Part shown: positions 50,440 through 60,920 of the stretch, in pieces
How the letters are laid out: each line of letters begins with the position of its first letter
How positions within the stretch are numbered: the stretch's first letter is position 1
Assembly: GCA_963714275.1 (NCBI GenBank)
Contig: CAVQNT010000002.1
Span: 128,001-192,000 of the forward strand
Direction of reading: 5' to 3'
From: Candidatus Bathyarchaeota archaeon
Lineage (GTDB): Archaea > Thermoproteota > Bathyarchaeia > Bathyarchaeales > DTEX01
Length of the DNA: 64,000 nucleotides
Notes under the pieces: model-generated
Told to the model about the DNA's origin: nothing
What the model saw: only the letters and a program-made list of their open reading frames with translations
The model's database searches: none
Position numbers and translations under genes: made by a program

Positions 50440-52519
50440 TTGGCTACACAAAACGTTTTTGTGCTGTGCGAGAAGCCGAGTACCGCTGAACGCATCGCAA
50501 AAGCTTTAGACGAAAATGGCAAACCTCAGAAAAAAGAGACCGACCGGGTTCCGTATTATGAAACTTTCCGTGTCGGCAAGAGGCTGATTGTTGTCGCTGC
50601 ATTAGGGCACCTTTACACTGTCGCTCCGAAGGTAACTGACCGCAACGTTTACCCAGTTTTCGAGTTTGATTGGGTCCCACGATACACTGTTGAAAGGGAC
50701 GCCAGAGACACGAAGAAGTGGGTCGAAGTCATCACGAACCTTTCTAAGGGGGCGCAAGAATACATTTTGGCAACAGACTACGACATTGAAGGAGCAACAT
50801 TAGGATACACCATTCTCAAATATGCCTGCGGAGAAAAAGACAAAGAAGCCAAAAGGATGAAGTTTTCAACACTTACCGCTGAAGAGCTGAGAAAATCGTA
50901 TGATGAGCTCTTTGAACACATCGAGTTCCCGACGATTGAGGCTGGAGTCTGCCGCCACTTCCTAGACGCAATGTACGGCATTAACCTTTCCCGAGCGATG
51001 ACCGTCGCCGCGAAACAGTACAGCGGAAAATACCTCACTCTCAGCACAGGCAGAGTTCAGGGACCAACATTAAAGTTCCTTGTGGACCGAGAGAAAAAAA
51101 TCAACACTTTCGTCACTATTCCTTTCTGGGCAATAAAGACGTCAGTTGAAATAAACGGGCAAGTCTTCGAGGTTGAGTACGAAAAAGCCGAGATGCAAAG
51201 CCGAGAAGAAGCCGAAGCCGTTGTTAACGCGTGCCTCGGAAAAAAAGGCAAAATTTCGAAGATGGAAGTAAAAAAGTTCCATCAGAACCCGCCTGAGCCT
51301 TTTGACTTAGGTGCCCTTCAAGCTGAAGCTTACAGTTTTTTCAAGTATACACCTAGGCGAACCTCTGACGTCGCTGAAAGACTATACTTGGAAGCCTTGA
51401 TATCCTACCCGAGAACATCAAGCCAGAAACTGCCACCAACAATCAACAGCCGAGCCATTCTTGAATTATTAGCTAACGAGCCAAAATACACGAGCTTAGC
51501 CCACCAGCTTCTTAGCGAAAAAAAACTTGTCCCAAACGAAGGAAAAGGAGAGGACTCAGCGCATCCCTCGATTTACCCGACGGGCATTCTCCCAAGCAAA
51601 GCCTTAGGCGACCCTGAAAGGAAGATTTGGGACCTTATTGTGAGGAGGTTCATGGCTGTTTTCAGCAAACCAGCTTTAAAGCAAAGTGCAAAGGTCACGA
51701 TAACGGTAGACGGCTACTCGTTCTTTTTGCACGGCAAGCAGGTTTTAGAAGAAGGCTGGATGGTTTTCTACAAACCTTTCATACGGGCTGAAGATGTTAT
51801 TCTTCCGCCTTTAGAGAAGGGACAAGAGATTGCGTTTAAAGAGGTTGTTGTGGAAGACAAGTTTACGAAGCCTCCTGTTAGGTACAATCCGAGCAGTTTG
51901 CTCAAGAAAATGGAGGACGAAGGCATCGGAACAAAGGCTACGAGAGCAGGCATAATCGACACGCTTTACACCCGTGGATATGTAGGTGGAGAAAGGGCTT
52001 CCATCTCAGAGTTAGGGCTTGACGTGACCAACATTCTTGAAAGGTACTGCCCCGAGGTCGTCTCAATAGAGCTTCACGAGAGAAATAGAGAAAAACATGG
52101 AGGAAATTCAGAACGAAAAAGAAAAAAAAGACGTTGTTATCGCAAAAGCCACCATCCGGTTGGAGCCAGTTCTGACCGAAATGAAGAAACATCAGGAAAC
52201 GATGGGGCAAGAGCTCACTGAGGCTGCGAAAAAAGCCCAAATGCAGCAACGAGTCGTCGGCAGCTGCCTGCAGTGTGGAACAGGCAAACTTGTCATCGTT
52301 TACTCTCGGCGAACGGGCAAACGTTTCTTGGGCTGCACGGGCTTCTTTAAAGGACAATGCAAGGTTTCTTTTCCTCTTCCGCAAACGGGCACCGTTAAGC
52401 CAGTCAGCAAAGACTGCGGCGTTTGCGGATGGCCTATGATTCAGTACCAAACAAAGGGTAAACGACCTTGGGTCTTCTGCGTTCGACCTGATTGCCCATC
52501 CAAGGAGGCTAGAAGATAG
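50440..52519 (+). CDS. topA: DNA topoisomerase IA, frameshifted near 52073
   Basis: EKPS, ATDYDIEG, STGRVQGP, catalytic ISYPRT, GIGTKATR, Zn-ribbon C-terminus in ORF 52097-52519. Confidence 0.95.
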
Positions 52520-52768
52520 GTGCAATGCGAAATCTGCGGCAGAAAGTCCGAGGGCAACTTCTGCGAACTGCATAAAGCAGCCTACGACAATTTGCTGAAA
52601 AACTACGAAGCATGGAAGAAGTCCATGAAAGTTTCGTGGAAAGAATATCTGACGCATATAAAGGTCAATGAGTTTTCAGGCCTTTGGGTCAAGGAGGTTG
52701 CTCAGCACCTTTTGGCTTCAGACTCATCGAAACAACAGGGCGTCCAAAAAGCCGAATTAGATAAGTAA
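52520..52768 (+). CDS. Small Zn-finger hypothetical protein coupled to topA
   Basis: CEICG..FCELH, abuts the topA stop. Confidence 0.65.
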   Translation: MQCEICGRKSEGNFCELHKAAYDNLLKNYEAWKKSMKVSWKEYLTHIKVNEFSGLWVKEVAQHLLASDSSKQQGVQKAELDK

Positions 52769-52837
52769 GGTTTAAATTTGGACTCGTTTCTATATGACAC
52801 ATCCACATAACGGACAGAACTAACTGCGTAGTAAAAT

Positions 52838-53269
52838 TTGGCGAAGAAAATGAACAAGAAATTCTCGTCTTGGGGCTACTCTCTTCAAAAGATCACCACC
52901 AAGTTGGCGACCTACCGTCCGTCCCGCTTTTTCATAGCCGCAATCGCCATGTCTGCAGCCATCTTTCTGTTGGGAGGCGGAATCTACGACATCCTCATGG
53001 AGCCTGTTGCAGCGATTCCCTTGGGGTCGGGAAGGTTCCTTTCCTTCATTCCTTACCAGATTCATGAGCAGCTGCTTATGGGCAGTCTGGCGGTCATGAT
53101 CCTTTATGCCTTGGGGACAACGGGGTTGTTGCTGATTTACCGCAGCACAAGATACGTTCGTAACCCGCGCCAAGTTTCGTTTCTCACAAAGATCGGCGTC
53201 GCGTTCATTCTCGTGTCCTTTGCAGCTATTGAAATCGTGCTCTATTGGATTCTGAACTACCAATCGTAA
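52838..53269 (+). CDS. OSTC(DC2)/OST3-OST6-like oligosaccharyltransferase accessory subunit homolog
   Basis: Three TM helices with GGGIYDILMEP..F..Y....Q..M pattern resembling eukaryotic OSTC GGIIYDVIVEP..FLAY....QYIME (recalled). Confidence 0.7.
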   Translation: MAKKMNKKFSSWGYSLQKITTKLATYRPSRFFIAAIAMSAAIFLLGGGIYDILMEPVAAIPLGSGRFLSFIPYQIHEQLLMGSLAVMILYALGTTGLLLIYRSTRYVRNPRQVSFLTKIGVAFILVSFAAIEIVLYWILNYQS

Positions 53270-53376
53270 AGCTGAAGTTTGCTTCCGAGTCATTCTTGCA
53301 CATTACTTCAGGTTAAAAACTATATTAATGATGAGCCTTCTGTATTTTCTTGTTGACTGACGAATAAGGTTTAAGG

Positions 53377-54426
53377 GTGGCTGTATCCGTGAGAACCATT
53401 GAATGGAAAGACGGCGTCGTCGTAACGATTGACCAAACAGTTCTCCCCAGAAAAGAAGTCTGGATCGAACTGAAAACGTGCCAGCAAGTGGCTTCAGCCC
53501 TCAAAGAAATGAAGATTAGAGGAGCACCCCTAATCGGCGTGGCAACAGCCTACGGCGTAGCCTTAACAGCTCACCATTCAAAGGCGCAAAAAAAGGAAGA
53601 TTTTATACGGGAACTCGAAGACGCTGCAGAGACCATAAAAAACACACGGCCAACTGCTGTGAATCTGTTCTGGGCTGCTGACAGGATTCTGAAAGCGGCA
53701 AGAGAAACAAGGGGCGATGTTGAGGACATAAAAAAGGCAGTCGTTGCTGAAGCCCAGAAAATGGCTGACGAGGACGCAGCGGTTAACCGTAGAATCGGAA
53801 AACATGGCGCAAAACTGATTAAAGATGGCGACACGGTTTTGACTCATTGTAATGCTGGAAGCTTGGCGACCGTTGACTACGGCACAGTCTTAGCTGTCGT
53901 TAGGGCTGCGTGGGAAGAAGGAAAACGTTTTAAGGTCATCGCAGACGAAACTCGACCGTTGCTTCAAGGCGCAAGGCTCACCGCGTTTGAGCTTATGAGA
54001 GACGGCATTCCAGTAACTTTAATCACGGACAACATGGCTGGCTACTTTATGTCTAAAGGTCTAATTAGTAAGGTCATTGTCGGCGCTGACAGAATCGTTT
54101 GTGACGCTGTAATAAACAAAATAGGCACCTATACCGTCGCGGTTCTGGCTCATGAACACGGCATCCCATTCTATGTTGCTGCGCCAACCTCAACATTTGA
54201 CCTTTCAGAGAAAGCCAAAGACGTGACAATAGAAGAAAGAAACCCAACCGAAGTAACCCACATAAGCTCAGTAAGAATAGCACCTGAGGGCGTAAAGGTT
54301 ATGAATCCAGCCTTTGATGTTACGCCAATAAAATACGTGACCGCCATTGTCTGCGAAGAAGGAGTTTTAACCCGTAGGAAGTTTCAAAATCGCGTCGAAA
54401 ACAAGTTTAAACAGAATTCACTTTAG
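53377..54426 (+). CDS. mtnA: S-methyl-5-thioribose-1-phosphate isomerase
   Basis: IRGAPLIG, RPTAVNL, THCNAGSLAT, ETRPLLQGARLT, NPAFDVTP. Confidence 0.9.
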   Translation: MAVSVRTIEWKDGVVVTIDQTVLPRKEVWIELKTCQQVASALKEMKIRGAPLIGVATAYGVALTAHHSKAQKKEDFIRELEDAAETIKNTRPTAVNLFWAADRILKAARETRGDVEDIKKAVVAEAQKMADEDAAVNRRIGKHGAKLIKDGDTVLTHCNAGSLATVDYGTVLAVVRAAWEEGKRFKVIADETRPLLQGARLTAFELMRDGIPVTLITDNMAGYFMSKGLISKVIVGADRIVCDAVINKIGTYTVAVLAHEHGIPFYVAAPTSTFDLSEKAKDVTIEERNPTEVTHISSVRIAPEGVKVMNPAFDVTPIKYVTAIVCEEGVLTRRKFQNRVENKFKQNSL

Positions 54427-54436
54427 GAGAACAGTT

Positions 54437-55006
54437 ATGTCAACAAATATCGATAACGGTAAAGCTGAGGAAAAAGAAGAAAAGGTCCTTCTAAAGGTCT
54501 TACTAAAGGATGAAGGTGTTTGGGTTCCTTCCTCAGAGGACACTGAGGGTCTTACGTCCCGCGGGTATGGGACTCCCCAAAACAGCAATGTTCTCCTTAA
54601 TTATTGTGAAGCCCTTTACCTGATGGACAAGGGCATAATCGAGGTTAAGGACGAAGAGACCGAGTCACAGGTCAGTTTTCAGCAGCTCCTAACCAGAGCC
54701 CGAACCGTCGATGGGGACGCTTGGGTGCGGTACCTCCTCTATCGGGACCTCAGAAGCAGGGGCTACGTTGTCAGGGAAGGGTTCGGCTTAGGCATCGACT
54801 TCAGAGTCTACAAAAGAGGCGAGTACGGCAAATCCATCGCGGACTATCTAGTCCTTGGAATAAAAGAGGGGCAACCTGTCGCTATTGAGGACCTTGCGAG
54901 AATATTGTCGCGGGCACAAGGTCTGAAAAAAACATTGATCCTTTCGGTTCTGAACAGAAGAGGCGAAATTGTCTATTACACTCTTTCGCGTTTGGCTTTC
55001 AAGTAA
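54437..55006 (+). CDS. endA: tRNA splicing endonuclease subunit, probably the structural (beta) subunit
   Basis: EALYL, YRDLRSRGYVV, DFRVY..G, IVYY. The catalytic His position is not His. Confidence 0.85.
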   Translation: MSTNIDNGKAEEKEEKVLLKVLLKDEGVWVPSSEDTEGLTSRGYGTPQNSNVLLNYCEALYLMDKGIIEVKDEETESQVSFQQLLTRARTVDGDAWVRYLLYRDLRSRGYVVREGFGLGIDFRVYKRGEYGKSIADYLVLGIKEGQPVAIEDLARILSRAQGLKKTLILSVLNRRGEIVYYTLSRLAFK

Positions 55007-55127
55007 TCTGTATTATTTTTCTGTTTCCTCTAAAATGGATTATCTTCATTAATAATCTTTTTTGACCATAAAATATAAATACTAAGAATGTAGAAATTTA
55101 ATACGTTAAAAATAGGAGATTAGTTCT

Positions 55128-56518
55128 ATGAATATAGAAAATAAAAACATTAAACAGTCCTCACAAAAAGAAAACAATGAAGAAAACACTGAATTCACTG
55201 TTGATCAGATGGCAGGAGCCATGAAAGCTTTAGCGTACCCCCAGCGGATCAGGATTCTTCAATCACTTTCCCAAAAAGGCATGTATTTCTCTGAGCTGTC
55301 CAGGCTAACTGGACTGAAGACAACAGCGTTGAACAGCAACCTTAACATTCTCGTGGACGCTGAGCTAATAACCCAAGAACACAAAAAAGGCCGCTACTTG
55401 GCAACAGAAACTGGAAAACAATTGCTGTCAGCCTTGTCCAACGTCCTCAGCGGCATGTCGCCCACAGCGTCAGACTACATAAAACAGTACCATCGGCTGT
55501 ACAGTTTAACTCGCGCACGAAAACAGGTGCTGGAAGGCGTGTCAACGCTTGGTTGGGGGAAAGATGTCGAATGCACCTTCTTTGGCGCCCTAGACGCGAC
55601 ACTGCGTTTCCTCAAAGAACCAGTCGACTACACCTACCTGATGGGAGTTTCAGCCGCCGCGTTTCGCTTCAGCTTCCATCAGCCTGATTGGTGTCCAAGT
55701 TCGCCAGATGCAGCAGTTAACGAAACCTATGCATGGCAAGCTTTGAAGGTTGTAGGCTACAAGGGGCAATTCTTGAACACTGAAATGATAGGTCAAAAAG
55801 AGATCAACCAAACGATTAGGGACGAAATTGACAAGGGCATACCTGTCGTCGCGATAGACATGGTTCAAGTTGCAGACTGGGGAGTCGTCACCGGGTATCA
55901 GAACGGGAAGCTGATCTGTCGAAGCTATTGGGACAAGGGAGACGAATATTCAGTCGCTGAGAAGGAGCCGTGGGCAATTCTCAAAATAGAGAAAATAGGA
56001 CCATCTCCACCTAAGATTAACAGCATCAGGGAATCAATCAAATTGGCTGTTGAGTCTCAAGGAAAAAGGAGATTGACCACTACGCGAATGGTTTAGCAGC
56101 TTACGATGCTTGGATGAGGGACCTAGAAAACGAAACGTCGTTCAGAGGAATGAACGATGCGACCTTCATGCACTATTGGCACGTGAATGGCTGGGTCTAC
56201 GACAGCCTCTTCGATGCAAGGGTCGCGGCTACCAGATACCTCCAAGCAGTGAAGGAAGAGTTCTCAGGAAAAGAAAAGACGGTAATCAGCGACGCTGTCC
56301 AAAGATTCGAGGACATAATGAAGACCCTGTTTGACAACTGGATACACTTCCCCATGCCCTCATGGGTGAGAAAGGACGAGAAAAAAACGTGGACTCCAAA
56401 AGGAATGATAGATGCCAACACTTGGACCGAGGACATGAGAAAAAACGGCGTCAACGCGTTAAGAACCATAAAACGTAAAGAAGAACAAGCGTTCGAAGTG
56501 CTATCAAGCATAAGTTGA
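55128..56518 (+). CDS. ArsR-type wHTH fused to a BtrH/papain-like domain, frameshifted near 56054
   Basis: KALAYPQRIRILQSL (ArsR), YTYLMGVS..AFRF, IDKGIPVV, WGVVTGY. Frames join when GAG CTC is restored. Confidence 0.65.
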
Positions 56519-56701
56519 GTGCCCATTAACCATCCCCCTTTTTTTAGGGGACATTTATGAAAAACTTGGACTACAAGAAGTGCTTAATAAAAAAAAGGAA
56601 GCCACTTGTCAACATTGTAGTCTAGTTCATAAGGAAAGAGCTTTTTATTCTATTACAATAGAATATGCAGCTTATTAGATGATGTTGATTTCACAGAACA
56701 G

Positions 56702-58030
56702 GTGTTAACTTTGGCTTCAGAATTCCGCCGAACAGTGCGGGGCATGAGAGACCTTGTTGCTGACGAAGCTGAAAGGCTGAGGTTCATTGAACAAAAAGCC
56801 AGAGAAGTGTCTAGACTCTTTGGATTCCGCGAAGTCATCACCCCTCTTGTTGAACACTACGAGCTTCTGGCTGCCAAGGTGGGCGAGGACAACAGGAAAC
56901 GCATGTACGTCTTCGACGACCTCGGTGGACGAAAGGTTGCCCTAAGACCGGAGTTCACAGCCTCAATAGCTAGGCTTGTGGCGACAAAAATGCAGAGTTT
57001 CCCGAGACCGTTGAGGTTGTTTTCTGTTGGCAGCCTGTACCGTTATGATGAACCCCAGTTTGGAAGATACCGCGAATTTTGGCAAGCCAACTACGAGCTT
57101 TTTGGCTCCAGCAAACCTGAAGCTGACGCTGAAATTTTGGCTTTAACGGACAGTTTATTGGAGGAGATTGGGCTTCGGGGCTACTACTTTAAGGTTGGTC
57201 ACGTTGGAATCTTGCGTAGCATTCTAAGCCATGACGGAATCGCTGAAGACCAGCAGAACAGCATAATGCAGCTCTTGGATAAGAAACAGTATGAAGATGT
57301 GCTTGAAGCGACCAAGAAGGCTGGAAGCCCTAAAAGCAGCTTAGATACTTTGGATTCGCTTTTCGAAACAAAAGGAAATGATTCTGAGACTGTTACTGCT
57401 GAAATAGGCGAAATCGTTAAAGACTACCCCGAGGCTTCGAAGGCAGCAAGGAACCTGAGTGAAATTCTAGGCTTGTTGAAAGCTGGTAGTGTAGAAGTGA
57501 ATTTTGTCATCGAAGCTGGATTCGCGAGAGGTTTAGAATATTACACGGGGATGGTCTTCGAAATTTACGCGTCAGGTATGGACATTGCTGTCGGAGGGGG
57601 CGGTCGCTACGACAAACTCATAGAGTCGTTCAGCGGAGGGCAGGTTCCCGCGGTAGGTGTTGCGCCGGGAATTGACCGTTTGTCGCTTGCGTTACAGAAA
57701 CAAGAGTCTTCTTTGTCCACGATTGAAAAAGTGGTGGAGCCTGAAAATCGTATATTGGTTGTCGCAGTCGACGGTTCGATGCTTGGAGAAGCCTTCAAGG
57801 TTGCGTCAAGGCTCAGAAAAGAAAGCGGCGTTACAGTTGAGCTTGAGACCATGGGGCGTTCTGTTTCTAAGGCGCTTTCTGATGCGGATAGACGCGGAAT
57901 CACCCACGCGGTTATCGTGGGTTCGAGGGAAATGAAGGAAAAGAAGGTCGTTTTACGCGATATGAGCGAAAGGACCCAAGAAACAATTGCCATTGAACAG
58001 CTTTTGGCGAATTTTGGTAAGCAAGGTTAA
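56702..58030 (+). CDS. hisS: Histidyl-tRNA synthetase
   Basis: RGMRD, LRPEFTA, YRYDEPQ.GRYREF.Q, RGLEYYTG, GGGRYD. Confidence 0.95.
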   Translation: MLTLASEFRRTVRGMRDLVADEAERLRFIEQKAREVSRLFGFREVITPLVEHYELLAAKVGEDNRKRMYVFDDLGGRKVALRPEFTASIARLVATKMQSFPRPLRLFSVGSLYRYDEPQFGRYREFWQANYELFGSSKPEADAEILALTDSLLEEIGLRGYYFKVGHVGILRSILSHDGIAEDQQNSIMQLLDKKQYEDVLEATKKAGSPKSSLDTLDSLFETKGNDSETVTAEIGEIVKDYPEASKAARNLSEILGLLKAGSVEVNFVIEAGFARGLEYYTGMVFEIYASGMDIAVGGGGRYDKLIESFSGGQVPAVGVAPGIDRLSLALQKQESSLSTIEKVVEPENRILVVAVDGSMLGEAFKVASRLRKESGVTVELETMGRSVSKALSDADRRGITHAVIVGSREMKEKKVVLRDMSERTQETIAIEQLLANFGKQG

Positions 58031-58035
58031 AAAAA

Positions 58036-58707
58036 ATGAACTTGCGATTAGTCGCCAGTTTTCTTCTTCTTGTTTCTTTGGTTTTACCGTGGAAAATTAC
58101 TTGGGGAACTAACGAGTCTGGGGCGGCAACATCGTGGTTCACCATCCTTGAGTTTCCCTTTATGGTAGAATACGTGATGATTTATGGTCCGCAAGAAACA
58201 TGGACAACATGGGAATTATATAAGTCAATCCCGAAATACCTTGGCACAGCGCTTGTCCTATTAGGCGCAATTCTAAGTCTTTGGGGAAGCACCAAACGGA
58301 AACAGGGCAACCTTGTCGAGTGGGGCGGAATTTCCAGTTTGGTTGGATTAGTGTTATTCTCGGGCTCCGGATATGAAGAAGTTTTTATCCAATACACGCT
58401 CTTCCAAACTTACGCTAGTCTTCCCATCGGGATGTTTATTCCCGTAATTTTCTGGATTCTAATTTTCGTTTATCCTCAAAAGACAAGACAACACGTTACG
58501 AAGATTCCCTTCATTAAATCTGGATTTTTCTGCGGCGAATGCGGAAAGGAAATTTCGTCTGAATCTAGGTTTTGTCCCTTCTGTGGAAAAGAAAACAAAA
58601 AGATAATGTGTAAATCGTGTAGCGTGAACATCTCGGTTCAAAATGCCTTTTGTCCCCATTGTGGCAGTAAAATCCAGAGAGAACCTGAAAAAGCATTGGT
58701 CCTTTAG
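58036..58707 (+). CDS. Membrane protein with C-terminal double zinc ribbon
   Basis: About four TM segments, CGECG..FCPFCG and CKSC..FCPHCG. Confidence 0.75.
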   Translation: MNLRLVASFLLLVSLVLPWKITWGTNESGAATSWFTILEFPFMVEYVMIYGPQETWTTWELYKSIPKYLGTALVLLGAILSLWGSTKRKQGNLVEWGGISSLVGLVLFSGSGYEEVFIQYTLFQTYASLPIGMFIPVIFWILIFVYPQKTRQHVTKIPFIKSGFFCGECGKEISSESRFCPFCGKENKKIMCKSCSVNISVQNAFCPHCGSKIQREPEKALVL

Positions 58708-58739
58708 GTTTTTTGATGCAAGTTTTCCTTAGGTTCATC

Positions 58740-59064
58740 AGCTCTAATTTTTATCCATCTAGCCAGCTGACATGGAAGAAACTGAACTACTGAGCATACT
58801 GCATAAACGCTCACCAAAGATGATGAAGATAATGGTCACAGGCTATCCAGTCTCGAAAACGCCATGAAGTCATTGAACGTTAGCGCTGACGCCTATGTTG
58901 TCAAGCCTGTTGAGCCAAGCGAACTGGTTAGGATTGTTCAAGCCAAGCTTATGGAGCAGGAAGATGCAGAAGGCATGAGTCAGGAAAAGACAGACGACTG
59001 GATAACGTTGCGGCTTCAGAAGCTCGAAAAAAAACAAAATACAATAAAACATTATCTTTCCTGA
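58740..59064 (+). pseudogene. Degraded response-regulator receiver domain remnant
   Basis: DMEETELL..MMKIMVTGYP / LENAMKSLN..ADAYVVKP. The N-terminal half and the phospho-Asp are missing. Confidence 0.65.
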
Positions 59065-59267
59065 TTCCGCTCAGCATGTTCAGAAACAATTAGATTAGGT
59101 ATTTGAACATCAAAGTACTCAAAGCCTATTCCTTACAATCCTGCTAAAAGCGTGATTAAAGCTAGTAATATAACCCCAAAAAGGAACTATAAAAAATGGA
59201 TAGCTGACTTATTGAGGAACAGCAAACAAATAAGTGGTATTTGCCACCCAGTTAGAAGGCGCTGTTT

Positions 59268-59720
59268 ATGGGTGAGGAGAAGCCAAAAATCGAGGATTTA
59301 GTTAAACGCATCGACGACCTAATTCGGGTCCTAAAATTTCTTTCAGAGGACCTTGCCAACATATCGACAAACCTGAAAGCTGGTTTAGGCAGTCATCCGC
59401 CGTCTCAGGCAGCTGAACCTTCAAGGCCTCTTCCTCAACCAAAATCTTCGCAGCAAACAATACCCGTCACTGAGCCTTCAGCCGCTCCCATCCTAATAGG
59501 CGGTGTAAAGTCAGCTGAGGACGTGCAAAAGGTTTTTCCGCAGGATTTGTCGAGTATGCTGTATTTTGAGGAGACGGACGGGCACGTTCTCGTTAAGCCG
59601 AGGCTTTTCTTGGGTTCAGACAACTTCAGACGCATTGCTAACATCATTCGTGACCAGCTCGGCGGAGAATACGTGAGCGCGGGAAAAGACAGTCACTTTA
59701 GAATTTCAAAAAAAGCTTGA
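59268..59720 (+). CDS. Hypothetical protein: coiled coil, Pro/Ser/Gln linker, small C-terminal alpha/beta domain
   Basis: Long ORF with clear modular composition. Confidence 0.7.
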   Translation: MGEEKPKIEDLVKRIDDLIRVLKFLSEDLANISTNLKAGLGSHPPSQAAEPSRPLPQPKSSQQTIPVTEPSAAPILIGGVKSAEDVQKVFPQDLSSMLYFEETDGHVLVKPRLFLGSDNFRRIANIIRDQLGGEYVSAGKDSHFRISKKA

Positions 59721-59728
59721 AACGAAAT

Positions 59729-60097
59729 TTATATGTAGAATATGTCATCTGGGCTTCTTCGGGCTTTTTCTTCAGCTTCTCTTCTCGCTTTCTGTGCTGC
59801 TACGGTTTTGCCTTCTCCCTTCTGGGTTACTTCGATGTCGTATTTTATGAAATCTTCTATGAAACCTATGAGCTTCTTGTTCATGGCTTCTAGTTCCTCG
59901 GGGTTGAATGACACCATTATATCCGGGTTGTTCACCCAGTTCAACCAGCCAAGTATGCTTCTATGCAGCGCATACAACGAAAACCGCATAGACTGAACTA
60001 TGTCTAGCCGATCCTTGTCCTTTTTTTCCGCCATTTTCTCGATTTGTTCAAGAATTCTGGTGCAGGTTTCGGTCCATCCTTCACTCATTAATATCAC
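59729..60097 (-). CDS. DUF2153-family protein
   Basis: DRLDIV..S..GW..WV.NP..M..F..EEL..F..YDI..T. Confidence 0.75.
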   Translation of the reverse strand: MILMSEGWTETCTRILEQIEKMAEKKDKDRLDIVQSMRFSLYALHRSILGWLNWVNNPDIMVSFNPEELEAMNKKLIGFIEDFIKYDIEVTQKGEGKTVAAQKARREAEEKARRSPDDIFYI

Positions 60098-60185
60098 CTA
60101 ACTTTTTTTGGACGCTTAATCTGATAAGGCGCATCAACTAACAACTTTCTGTTGATTAATATTCCTTTTGGTAAACTCGACGATT

Positions 60186-60461
60186 TCAGTATTGAACCCG
60201 GAACCTGTCAGACTCTCCTGTCGGCTTTTCCCAAAGCACGTCGACGCTTTTGACCGCAGCACCCGGCGGACCACGATGGCAAAAAGTAATCATGGCTTCA
60301 ACATCTACTTTTTCTCCCTCGAAGACAGCTTCAATCCTTCCGTCGCGCAGGTTTTTGATCCAGCCAGTCACTTTATGCTGGATTGCTTTTGTCCGAGTTT
60401 CGTACCTGAAAAATACGCCTTGAACGTTTCCACTGACGAAAATGTGAGCTCTGGCTTTCAA
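60186..60461 (-). CDS. acyP: Acylphosphatase
   Basis: SGNVQGVFFR, GWIKNL.DG.IE, GPPGA. Confidence 0.95.
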   Translation of the reverse strand: MKARAHIFVSGNVQGVFFRYETRTKAIQHKVTGWIKNLRDGRIEAVFEGEKVDVEAMITFCHRGPPGAAVKSVDVLWEKPTGESDRFRVQY

Positions 60462-60543
60462 CCTGTTTCGCCCGTTTAGAATTTAGAGTGAACTGATTGT
60501 AAGCTGATGAGCTTTTTCATTGACCAGCTTAAGGGGAGAAAGT

Positions 60544-60876
60544 TTAGGTGACCTTTTGAAACTTGATGTTGCCGTCTGCAAGTTCAACATCGAAGACTTG
60601 GTTTACGTCGAACCTTACGCCTAGCGCTTCATACTCCTGTTCTGTCAAAAATAGAATCATCTTCGGAGAATTGAACTGGGCTTTCACGCCTAACATGGGC
60701 ATCTGTTGCTGCATAGCTTTAAAAACGTCCTGCACCATTCGTGCCTCTTCTGTTGGCGGTCTGATGGCGAAGCTCGGCATTAAGCTTTCTTCAATCAGCT
60801 CCACCCGTTTGCCTAGGTTGCCAGCTGGGTCTTTTATGGATTCTATTCGTTGAACGATGACCCTCATTTCAGTCAT
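60544..60876 (-). CDS. Arcadin-1 homolog
   Basis: DP.G...K.VELIEE, central helix, PKMILFLTEQEYEALG..DV....VEL..G.I.F, matching the recalled Pyrobaculum Arcadin-1 layout. Confidence 0.7.
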   Translation of the reverse strand: MTEMRVIVQRIESIKDPAGNLGKRVELIEESLMPSFAIRPPTEEARMVQDVFKAMQQQMPMLGVKAQFNSPKMILFLTEQEYEALGVRFDVNQVFDVELADGNIKFQKVT

Positions 60877-60920
60877 TCACCATGTTACATGTTGAGGCAT
60901 GTTGCTTAAAAAGAGGCGCA

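Noticed and set aside
29483-52519. Inteins in cdc6, radA or topA
   Set aside because: Protein lengths are normal and no intein motifs were seen
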